Position numbers and translations under genes: made by a program. A stretch of DNA of 64,000 nt from an uncultured Chthonomonadaceae bacterium (lineage in GTDB: Bacteria; Armatimonadota; Chthonomonadetes; Chthonomonadales; Chthonomonadaceae). The first letter of the stretch is position 1, and every line of letters starts with the position of its first letter. The DNA lies in contig CAWFQB010000010.1 of assembly GCA_963817895.1 (NCBI GenBank), forward strand, positions 32,001 through 96,000, written 5' to 3'. The notes beneath the pieces are model-generated. The model did not search any database and had not been told where the DNA came from. It worked only from the letters and a program-made list of their open reading frames with translations. Shown here piece by piece: positions 32,230 to 41,330 of the stretch.

Positions 32230-33114
32230 CTACTTCGCGTCTTTCGCGGTTTGTTTCTCCCCTTCTCCTTTTCTCCTCTTCTCCTTGTCTTCTGCTTTCG
32301 CGGTCAGCCGGGTCAGCGTCACTTCCGTTTTGGCGGTTTCGTTGTCGGGCAGATGCTCCACGCCACCCCCGGTCAGTTGCAGTATCTGAAAATTCTTCGC
32401 GTCCATGTCGGCAAGCCCGTTGAAGTGGAAAACCACATCGGTTTTGTTGCCCGTGCGCGGGTCCGTCGCGTTTACTTTGGCGTCGTACTCCACCTTTACT
32501 CTCCACGTCGGCTGCCCGTTCCACGTTCCCGGCCCGACAAGGACGCCTTTGCCCTCCGTGTTGCCGACTACAAGGCCGGTATCCTGCCAGTTGAATTTCC
32601 ACGATTCGCCCACGCGAACGGGGGCAGGCGGCGTAAACCCGCGCTGCATCCGGGCGGTCAGGCGAAATAGCTGCGCAATCGGTTCGCGCACGAGGTCTAC
32701 GCCCCCCTCGGCTTTCACCGCAGCCTCGCCGGTTTTGTCGCGAGTGAGGGTCATTTTCGGAATGGCGCTGGTCAGTTCCATCTCCCTGCCGTCGAAATCG
32801 CCGTCCGCTTTTTCCGTAACGTCCTCCATGACAACGGTTCCGTCCGGCTTCACGTCTCGAATGGTTTGCAGCAGCGTGATGTTGAACAGCGAGTCGACAA
32901 TATCCAGATCGTACCGCTTTTTATCCGCCGTCCGATGCACCATCATTTTATAACGCGCGGTTTCGCCGGACTTCCAAATGGGGCGCAGAGCATACGTGGC
33001 CGACGGGCTGCCGGAAGGGACAGAAACGGCGGTTTGCGCCACGCTCGTTACAGGCGCGGCTAAAAGACCAAGCAGCAATGCGCCGCCAACCAAAGCAAAG
33101 TTGTTGTTTTTCAT
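32230..33114 (-). CDS. secreted hypothetical protein
   Basis: Signal peptide; [12 protein letters not shown] beta-rich body. Confidence 0.7.
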   Translation of the reverse strand: MKNNNFALVGGALLLGLLAAPVTSVAQTAVSVPSGSPSATYALRPIWKSGETARYKMMVHRTADKKRYDLDIVDSLFNITLLQTIRDVKPDGTVVMEDVTEKADGDFDGREMELTSAIPKMTLTRDKTGEAAVKAEGGVDLVREPIAQLFRLTARMQRGFTPPAPVRVGESWKFNWQDTGLVVGNTEGKGVLVGPGTWNGQPTWRVKVEYDAKVNATDPRTGNKTDVVFHFNGLADMDAKNFQILQLTGGGVEHLPDNETAKTEVTLTRLTAKAEDKEKRRKGEGEKQTAKDAK

Positions 33115-33482
33115 TTCAGGGTTCTTTTCTCAAATTCAAGCGCAGGTTCAGGGGAAAAGAAACGCCGTAAACTCTCGTAAATCTACCGAAACGGCGCGGG
33201 CAGAAGCGCGTCTGCCCATAATGGAACCGCGTTTCCCTATCTAAACTTTTTACGTAGATGCGCCTGCCGACGTTACGGATGATTTCAACGATGCTGTTGC
33301 CGTTTTCGGTCCCATTTCACCGGCATATCTACGCGCAGGGTGGTATGATAGTATATACCGCGCTCAGCGCAGAGCCATTCTTCATCTGAAACACACTCTT
33401 TTATCCCGATTGTGTTCTCACCGGTGTACCCATTCGTTTCATTCTCGTCTCGTTCTCGTCGTACAGGAGAGGTTCATTTCCC

Positions 33483-36203
33483 ATGTTTGTATCCCTATCC
33501 AAAACACGCCTGCTGTTGCTGCCGTGTCTGATTGCCGCTTCCCTCGGCCCTATCGCGGCGCAGGCGCAAAACCCGCTGCCGCAAAACCCGCTGCCGCAAA
33601 CGCCGCAACCCCAAACCCCGCGTCGGACGCCGCGCGCTCCACGAACACCCAATCCTAACCCGATGCCCGACCCACAGGGTCCCGATCCGCAAACTCCCGC
33701 GCCGACCCCGGCCCCCGGCCCACAAACTCCCACGCCCGGACAGCCCGGCGGTGGCGGCGGATTTGGCGGGCGTTTCGGCGGCGGCGCCGGCGGCGGACAG
33801 CAGGCTCGTCCCGCCGCGCCCCGGCCCTACAAGGACGTGATTACCGCCGAGGCGAAGTCCGACCCCGGCCTTTTCACCGTGCATCGCATTGATGACCGCA
33901 TTTTGTTCGAGATTCCTGTAAAGCAGTTAGGCAAAGAGATGCTGCTGTCTACGGAGATTGAAAAAGTCCCGGCGGGAAGCAATGGCTACGGCGGCACGGC
34001 GGCGGGCGACAAAGTGGTTCGGTTTACGCGCCGCAACAACACCGTTTTTCTGCGCACCGTAGACTACTCTTCCCGCGCCGAAGGCAAGGGCGCGATTGCC
34101 CGCGCAGTCGAGGCCGCCAATGTGGAACCCATCGTGATGGCGTTCAATGTCGAGGCCGAAGGTACGGACAAGTCTGCCGTGATTGATGTCACGCGCCTGT
34201 TTACCACCGACCCGGCGGAATTTGCCGTGAAACAGGCGTTGGGCGGCTCCGCCGTAGACCCGACCCGCAGTTTTCTGGAAAAATCCAAATCGTTTCCCAC
34301 CAACATCGAAGTAAAGTCCAACCTGACCTTCATCGGCGGCGGCGGGGCGGGCGCGGGCGCATTGGGCGCTCCGGGCGGACGCGGACGGCGCGGCGGGGGA
34401 GCCAGCAGCCTGACGGCTCTTGTCCACTACAGCCTTGTGCTGCTGCCGGAAAAGCCGATGATGCCGCGCCTGTACGACTCGCGCGTCGGCTACTTCACCG
34501 AACGCTTCGAGGATTATGGCACGCCTGAAAACCGGGTGGCCGAGCGGCAGTATATTGCCCGCTACCGGCTGGAAAAGAAAGACCCCAAAGCCGCCCTTTC
34601 CGAACCCGTGAAGCCGATTGTCTATTACATCAGCCGCGAAGTGCCGGAAGAGTGGCATCCGTACCTGAAAAAAGCCATTGAAGATTGGAACGTCGCTTTC
34701 GAGGCGGCTGGCTTCAAAAACGCCATTGTCTGCAAGGAACCGCCGACTTCCAAAGAAGACCCGGATTGGGACCCGGAAGATGTTCGCTATTCCGTGATCC
34801 GGTGGGCGCCCACGCCGACGGAAAACGCGATGGGGCCGAACATCCACGACCCGCGCACGGGCGAAATTCTGTCTGCGCACATCATTGTGTGGCACAACGT
34901 CCTGAAACTCGGCCAGACATGGTACTTCACGCAGGTCGGCAACATGGATCCGCGCGCGCAGAAACTGCCGCTGCCGCAGGACTTGATGGGCCAGATTTTG
35001 CAGTACGTTGTCAGCCATGAAGTCGGGCATACGCTCGGCCTGCGCCACAACCACAAGGCGAGTTCGTCCTACACCGCCGCGCAGTTGCGCGATAAAACCT
35101 TCACAGACCAGTACGGCGACGAAGCCTCCATTATGGACTACGGGCGCTTTAACTACGTGGCGCAGCCGGGTGACAATGCCCGCCTGATACCCATTATCGG
35201 CCCGTATGACAAGTTCGCCATCGAGTGGGGCTACAAGCCACTGGGCATGAACCGCCCCGACGACGAGAAGCCGGAACTGGACAAACTGGCCTCGCAGCAG
35301 GTCAGCAATCCCATGCTCCGCTTTGGCGGCGAAGACCTCAACGCGCAATCCGACCCGAGCGTGGAAACGGAAGATTTGGGCAGCGATCCTGTGGAAGCCA
35401 CGAGCTACGGCCTGAAAAACATCAATCAGATCGCGCGGATGCTGGTTCCCGCCACCACCAAATACGGCGAGGATTATCAGGACCTGAGTGAGATGTACAC
35501 GCAGTTATTGGCGCAGCGGCAGCGCGAACTCGGCCATGTTGTCAAAGTCGTGGGCGGCGTGGTGCAGACCGACTACCATGCCGGACGCGGCGGCGAAGTG
35601 TACAGCCCGGTTCCCCCGGCAAAGCAGGCGCAGGCCGTGAAGTTTCTGGTGGACAACGCCTTTACCACGCCGCGCAGTCTGCTGCTGACCGATATTCTCA
35701 ACCGCGTTCAAGCGTCGGGCGTACAGGATGAGGTTCTGAACGGGCAGCGCTCAATTCTGACCAGCCTGCTCAGTGACGCGCGCGTGAAGCGGATGCTCGA
35801 CATTCAGGCCACATCAACCGGCACGGCGTACACCGTGGGCAATCTGGTGCGCGATGTGCAAAACGGCATCTGGAGCGAACTGTACAAGCCCGCCCCCGTT
35901 GTGGATTTGTACCGCCGCAACCTGCAGCGCGCGTATCTGGAAACCCTGCGCGGCAAATTGCAGGGCGACAGCGCGACGCCGACCGATCTGCGGCCCGTCG
36001 CGACCGGCAGCCTGATGGACTTGCAGCGCGCCATTGACCGCGCCCTCGTGAAAACCACGGACGCCGATACGCGCCTGCACCTGATGGACAGCCGCGTCAC
36101 GATTGAGCGCATCCTCAAAGCGCCCGTTGTGGTCACGCAACCCGCCCCCGCCGTCGCCGCCTTCCCGTTCGGGCGTGGCGGAATCGAGGACAACGACAAG
36201 TAG
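33483..36203 (+). CDS. secreted zinc-dependent metalloprotease (DUF5117/DUF4953 type)
   Basis: HEVGHTLGLRHN zinc motif, SIMDY Met-turn and GPYDKFAIEWGY. Confidence 0.92.
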   Translation: MFVSLSKTRLLLLPCLIAASLGPIAAQAQNPLPQNPLPQTPQPQTPRRTPRAPRTPNPNPMPDPQGPDPQTPAPTPAPGPQTPTPGQPGGGGGFGGRFGGGAGGGQQARPAAPRPYKDVITAEAKSDPGLFTVHRIDDRILFEIPVKQLGKEMLLSTEIEKVPAGSNGYGGTAAGDKVVRFTRRNNTVFLRTVDYSSRAEGKGAIARAVEAANVEPIVMAFNVEAEGTDKSAVIDVTRLFTTDPAEFAVKQALGGSAVDPTRSFLEKSKSFPTNIEVKSNLTFIGGGGAGAGALGAPGGRGRRGGGASSLTALVHYSLVLLPEKPMMPRLYDSRVGYFTERFEDYGTPENRVAERQYIARYRLEKKDPKAALSEPVKPIVYYISREVPEEWHPYLKKAIEDWNVAFEAAGFKNAIVCKEPPTSKEDPDWDPEDVRYSVIRWAPTPTENAMGPNIHDPRTGEILSAHIIVWHNVLKLGQTWYFTQVGNMDPRAQKLPLPQDLMGQILQYVVSHEVGHTLGLRHNHKASSSYTAAQLRDKTFTDQYGDEASIMDYGRFNYVAQPGDNARLIPIIGPYDKFAIEWGYKPLGMNRPDDEKPELDKLASQQVSNPMLRFGGEDLNAQSDPSVETEDLGSDPVEATSYGLKNINQIARMLVPATTKYGEDYQDLSEMYTQLLAQRQRELGHVVKVVGGVVQTDYHAGRGGEVYSPVPPAKQAQAVKFLVDNAFTTPRSLLLTDILNRVQASGVQDEVLNGQRSILTSLLSDARVKRMLDIQATSTGTAYTVGNLVRDVQNGIWSELYKPAPVVDLYRRNLQRAYLETLRGKLQGDSATPTDLRPVATGSLMDLQRAIDRALVKTTDADTRLHLMDSRVTIERILKAPVVVTQPAPAVAAFPFGRGGIEDNDK

Positions 36204-36254
36204 CTTAAACCACCTGCCGTGTCACGCCGCCGCAAGCGCGGCAGGGGAATTGCC

Positions 36255-36320
36255 TGTACAAATCGCGTCAACTTTGCTATAATACAGCCGTATCCTGCTC
36301 GATCAGGATACGGCTGTATT
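36255..36320 (+). promoter_or_regulatory. promoter with 17-bp perfect inverted repeat
   Basis: TGTACA-N17-TATAAT overlapped by aatacagccgtatcctg-N6-caggatacggctgtatt. Confidence 0.65.
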
Positions 36321-36344
36321 GCTGGCTCTGGCTGGAGGAAAAAC

Positions 36345-36638
36345 ATGGTTACACTGGATAGGCCCGCCGAAATCGCATTGGACACGCTGAAAGCGGAAGA
36401 CCGCATATTGGCGGAACGCGCGTTTGCCATTATCGAACGTTTTTCCGAAAACGATACGGCGCAGAAAATTCGCAAAGTGTCTATGCCTGATCCCTCCGAA
36501 GATTTTTATATTGTGGAACAGGGCCATCTGAGTTTTCTGTTTGAAGCGCATGGAGAGCGCAAATTGGTAGTAGACATCACGGCTACCGCCCGCCTCCGGT
36601 TTTTTCAAAAATTGCGCGAAGCGGAGACAGCGGCTTGA
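36345..36638 (+). CDS. small protein, possible RelE/ParE fold
   Basis: RBS GGAGG. Pattern AEIALDTL...KIRKV...FYIV...LSFLF...VVDI resembles RelE-like proteins. Confidence 0.45.
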   Translation: MVTLDRPAEIALDTLKAEDRILAERAFAIIERFSENDTAQKIRKVSMPDPSEDFYIVEQGHLSFLFEAHGERKLVVDITATARLRFFQKLREAETAA

Positions 36639-36689
36639 AAACTTTTCGCAGTCACCAATTCAACTATGCCGCGTGTCGGAATGAACTGA

Positions 36690-36966
36690 ATACCTTCAAC
36701 ATGGTTTCAGTCAAGTCGTAGATTGGTTCTACAAACTGGATGATACGCGGCACACAAAACAGTTTGAGGCTATGTTCGGCAGCAACGTTGAATACAGTGG
36801 TTTACTGGTAATCGGGCGCAACAGCGCTCTTAAACCCGGCGAACGGGATCGTTTGCGCTGGCGACAGCAAAATGTGCTTGTGAACTCGCGCAAGGTGGAA
36901 TGTGTCACCTTCGACGATTTGCATAGCGATCTGACAAGAAAGTTGAAACGATACTATCCCGTGTAA
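36690..36966 (+). pseudogene. Shedu (DUF4263) nuclease C-terminal fragment
   Basis: HGFSQVVDWFYKLDD...GLLVIGR...VECVTFDDL. No N-terminal part upstream. Confidence 0.7.
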
Positions 36967-37145
36967 TTTCTTATCGGAACACGAAGGACACGGAGAGGAA
37001 AACAGAGAGTGGAGAGGGAACTGTAGCGTTTCCTTTCTTCTCCTCTGTTCTCTCCGTGTCCTCCTTGGTTTTTTGTTCTTCCGGTTTATTCGCAGGGCGC
37101 AGAGCGCAGGAAAACAGGTTTTGCCCACGCTGCATCATGCAAAGT

Positions 37146-37855
37146 TCACGGCACAGGCAGGTATGTGATTTTGGAGAGGTTTTCCAGTTTCGTCCATTTG
37201 ACGTGCGAATCCACATACGCCATTTCAATGCCGCCGTTGTGACGGGCGATGCACAGCCGCCCCATGTTACTGCTGCTGTTCGCGCCGGTCTGCGTGTTGT
37301 ATTGCGAAGGGCAGGAGGTATCGCCATTGTAAATCCAGGCGTCAATCCAGATGGCGTCGGCCAACAGCATGGTCGAGGAGGGTTCCGGTACCTGGCTCAG
37401 ACTGCATACGCATCCCGGGTCTGAACTGCAGTACAGCCAGCCATTGTAGGCGTAACTGCCGTAGTATTTGTAGCCATTCCACGCCTGCGCACTGCTTCCC
37501 TATCCGGCGTAAGGACTGACAGCGTTGGTGCCGGGCCGGGCGTCCGGGCATATATGCACCTGTTTGTTTTTGATGTATGGCTCAAAGGCGACGTTCCAGA
37601 GGTAGCCGCTGTATGCAACGTGATAGTCCAGCAGTTGCTCGTCATAGTCCTGTGAGTACATCGTGGCTCCGTAGGATAGTTGCTTGAGGTTGCTGGCGCA
37701 GCTTGCCTGCCTCGCCTTTTCCCGCGCCTGCGCGAAAACGGGGAACAGAATGGCGGCGAGAATCGCGATGATGGCGATCACCACGAGCAGTTCGATCAAA
37801 GTAAAAGCGTTGCGCGTTGCGCGTTGCGTACTCGGATTTGGGAGATGCGTTTCAT
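37146..37855 (-). pseudogene. DUF1559 prepilin-type protein (out-of-frame leader, in-frame TAG near 37500)
   Basis: [43 protein letters not shown] at the N-terminus and RHNGGIEMAYVDSHVKW (H-X9-DG-like) at the C-terminus. Confidence 0.85.
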
Positions 37856-37958
37856 GGGCGAGAACTCCTTTTTCTATTTCTCTCTGCCTCCGGGAAGGTG
37901 AAGCGGAGGCAGAGAGTTTGCGTCCCGTCAGGGGGAGCAAAGCAGCAAACGCGACAAA

Positions 37959-39011
37959 TCAGCGGATGCGGTTTTTGCGACGGCGCAGAAAGCCCGCGCC
38001 CGCTACGCCCATGCCCACAAGCAAGGCGACGCTGCCGGGTTCGGGTACGACGGTGACGAGGAGATTGTGATACATGCCATTAGCGTCGATGTAATAGCCG
38101 ACGAACTGCGTGGCGTTGTTGGTGCGGCCCAGTTCCGTATCAACAGCGCCGGGAACCGCTATCGAGGTATAGCTGCCGTTGCTGGTGTCGTAAATGTAAG
38201 CATTACGATTGTCTGGGGTGTGCGCTTGAGGCTCATAGTTGCCAAAAATCAGCCCGGTGGTGGTGATGCCGTCGGAAGATGTACTGTAGGCGCCGGGAAC
38301 GTTCAGATACGTCGTCATCCCGTTTTGGGTAATGGAGCCCTCGTAGGTATCGTCAGTGAGAGAAGCAAGCGTGACCAGATTTTCGCCATTGGGGCCAATC
38401 GCCTGGAGTTCATTGTTCCGGGGCTGGCCGTTTTGGTCTTTAATGTCCGCGATGGGCGTGAACGTGTCGGTCGCGATGTTGTAGCTGGCAATGCGGTTAT
38501 CACCAATGTAGCCATATTGAACGGCGACGATACCGGCCTCATTGACATTCTCGAGGTTTGTGTAGCCGAAACTCAGGCCCGTCATCGGGTCTGTAACCTT
38601 TGGGGCGGTGAAAGCGGCGGGGTTGCTGGTGCCGAGGTTGCTGTTGTAGATGAAATCCGTGGTGTAGTTGAAGCTGGAGTCAAGGGTCTGACCAGTCACA
38701 TACCCGGCGTTGTTGATGCCGTTATAGTACAGGATTTGCGTGTTGGCAGCACCGGGATAGTCAATGGGGAGGGTAAAGGTGCCGTCGGGACTGCGAATGT
38801 AGCCGTGATTGACGCCGCTGGGGTCCACATAGGTTCCGGTGATGCTGCCCGACGCGCTGATGCCCGATGCGCCCGAACCAATTGGCCCCTGTCCAGGCAC
38901 ATCAAACGTGTCCAGGCGGAAGGACAACTGCGCATTGGCGGGACGGGCGGCAAACAGGGCCAGAGTGGACAGGGCGATCAGGCCGGCTTGCAGGAAAAGA
39001 GTGCGAGGCAT
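37959..39011 (-). CDS. PEP-CTERM surface protein with HAF-like beta repeats
   Basis: Signal peptide, GINNAGYVTG-type repeats, VPEPGSVALLVGMGVAGAGFLRRRK. Confidence 0.9.
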   Translation of the reverse strand: MPRTLFLQAGLIALSTLALFAARPANAQLSFRLDTFDVPGQGPIGSGASGISASGSITGTYVDPSGVNHGYIRSPDGTFTLPIDYPGAANTQILYYNGINNAGYVTGQTLDSSFNYTTDFIYNSNLGTSNPAAFTAPKVTDPMTGLSFGYTNLENVNEAGIVAVQYGYIGDNRIASYNIATDTFTPIADIKDQNGQPRNNELQAIGPNGENLVTLASLTDDTYEGSITQNGMTTYLNVPGAYSTSSDGITTTGLIFGNYEPQAHTPDNRNAYIYDTSNGSYTSIAVPGAVDTELGRTNNATQFVGYYIDANGMYHNLLVTVVPEPGSVALLVGMGVAGAGFLRRRKNRIR

Positions 39012-39097
39012 AGAGTTCTCCTTTTTGTGATAACAGACGTAAAACTAAACGCTGGGTGTATTTGTGGAAGCGACGATGGTTCATTTCCGACACTCTC

Positions 39098-39151
39098 AGA
39101 ATAACGTTATTTTCGTGACCGCTCCGTGACCGTTACAGGCATTTTCGTGAC
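39098..39151 (-). promoter_or_regulatory. SARP-type direct-repeat promoter
   Basis: GTCACG-N5-GTCACG-N10-TATTCT, plus a third GTCACG upstream. Confidence 0.7.
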
Positions 39152-39270
39152 GCTTTTTCCCGGTATCGTTACGGAGGAATTTTGCGCGGAAACGGCGAAC
39201 TGTTTGCCATCTTTGAAAAGCGCTTTGCTTTTGTTATTGCTTTCTTGAACCGGCAGGAAATCAGCCTTTT

Positions 39271-41239
39271 ATGTCCTCCCCACTCGCCATTCATCTGTTT
39301 GAAACATTCCGCGCCGAGCGCGGCCCTATCGCCCTGTCCGGCCTGCATCTGCGGGAGGGTGAGCGGCTGCTGGCCTATTTCGCGTTGCGGAACAGCGAAC
39401 CGGTGGCGGCGCGGGAACTGGCAAAGCATTTCTGGCCCACCGAAGCCGAAGTCAGCCCGGGGAGCGAGGGCAATTTCCCCAGCGTCCGTCAGGCGTTGAG
39501 CGCGCTGCGACAGGCGCTCGGCGCGGACGCGCGCAGGATCACTCGCCCCACGCGGGCAACCGTGCGGTTCGACGTTACAGGCATTGAATGTGATGTTCTG
39601 GCGTTCGACGCGCTGACGCAGGTTGGGGCAGGGGAGAGTTCCGGGAGTGGGGAGAAGGAGGCCGCGCGCATTGCCTGTGAAGCCTGGACGGAGGCGGCAG
39701 CATTGTATCGCGGCCCGCTGCTGGCGGCGTGGGACGATGCCTGGGTGAAAGAAGCGCGAACCCGCCGTCAGCGTACCTATGAGCGAACATTGCGCCGCCT
39801 GATTGAATATGCGCGGCTTCAGGGCGAATGGGGGGAAGTGGAACGCTGGACGCGCCGCCTGGTGGCCGCGGGCCCACCGATGAGGAAGCAAGGCGCGACC
39901 TGCTCCGCCTGTTAAGCGCGTCGGGACGACATGCCGAGGCGGGGGAGATGCTGGACAGTCTGGCGGACGCGGCAAAGGCGGCAGGGCAGGCGCTGCAGCC
40001 GGAAACGCTCGCGCTGGCCGGGGAACTAAGGCAGGCGCGCGAGCGCGTTCCTCTGTCCGCAGGAGCGATTACGCCGCCTGTGGCTGTGACCGGATTGGCA
40101 GCCGCTCCGCCGCAGAACAAAACATCGGCAACAATCGCGCGTACCGCTAATCAGGAGAACAGCGTTCCTCCTCCTCCGGTCAACAGCGATGCCACACAGG
40201 AGTTTGCCGCCCTGCCCATAGAACCGGCGGGGGGCGCGGTTCCCGTGCAGTTGCCCTACTATATTGAGCGCGAGGGAGATGCGGAGTTTCACGCCGCGCT
40301 TGCGCGGAGCGACAGCATCCTCGTGATTTGGGGGGCGCGGCAGGTGGGCAAAACCAGCCTGATGGCGCGGGGACTGCACAGGGCGCGGCAGGCCGGGATG
40401 CGCGTGGTCGTAACGGATTTCCAGAAAATCAATGCGGAGCAGCTTGTCTCGGCTAATACGCTGTATCTCGCCCTCGCCGAGTCGCTTGCGATACAGCTCG
40501 ATCTCGACGTTCTGCCCGGCGAGGACTGGAATCTGGCGTTCGGGCCGAACATGAATTTGGAACGGTATCTGCGGCGGCGCGCGCTGCGCGCTTTTCCCGA
40601 ACCCCTCGTCTGGTGTCTGGATGAGGTAGACCGGCTGTTTACCTGTTCGTTCGGCCAGGAAGTGTTCGGCCTGTTTCGCTCCTGGCACAACGAACGCGCT
40701 CTGGACCCTGCGTGTCCCTGGTCGCGGCGTTTCGCTGGCCCTCGCCTGCGCGACGGAAGTGAGCCTGTTCATTACCGACATCAACCTGTCGCCTTTCAAC
40801 GTTGGGACGCGGCTGATCCTGGAAGATTTCACGCTCGCGCAGGTGGAGGAACTGAACCGGCGCTATGGCGGAGTTCTGTCGGAAGAAGAGTGCGCGCGTT
40901 TTCACGTCCTGACGGGCGGCCACCCGTACCTGACGCGGCGGGGATTGGATGCCGCGCGGCGGGGGCTGTTCCTGGAACGCATGGAGCGGGAGGGACACCA
41001 CGCTGACGGTCCCTTTGGGGAGCATCTGCGCCGCCTGTCCTCCTTCCCTGTCGCCGGAACTGCTGGAAGTAGTGCGCGAAATGCTTGCCGGACGCCCCTG
41101 CTCCGACCCGAAAGCGTTCTATCGCCTGCGCACGGGCGGCATACTGACCGGCGCGTCGTGTGGGGAAGCTCGGTGGCGCTGCCGCCTGTACGCCGCGTTT
41201 CTGAGCAGCCAGTTTGCCCCTTTCCCGCCCATCGCGTAA
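39271..41239 (+). CDS. SARP/BTAD transcriptional activator fused to AAA_35 ATPase (about 3 frameshifts)
   Basis: LLAYFALR...ELAKHFWP winged HTH, CDVLAF...[19 protein letters not shown], then [27 protein letters not shown] and TGGHPYL AAA_35 motifs. Confidence 0.85.
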
Positions 41240-41256
41240 CGATTGGCGCCCATTTC

Positions 41257-41289
41257 GTCACGCAGTCGTCACGAAAGACAGCGTATACT
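41257..41289 (+). promoter_or_regulatory. SARP-type direct-repeat promoter
   Basis: GTCACG-N5-GTCACG-N10-TATACT. Confidence 0.7.
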
Positions 41290-41330
41290 ATCCTGAAAAT
41301 GCGGGTGTTGGGACAGCAGGACAACCAGAT

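Noticed and set aside
21290..33280. Possible ECF-sigma promoter motifs (GTTAC/GTAAC...CGTC/CATC) near 21300, 22850 and 33260
   Set aside because: The motifs are short and inconsistent in spacing, so they cannot be separated from chance by eye.
33927..35348. Long antisense ORFs (also 50247-51632, 38067-39104, 47101-48087)
   Set aside because: These are shadow frames of well-supported genes in GC-rich DNA, with no recognisable motifs.
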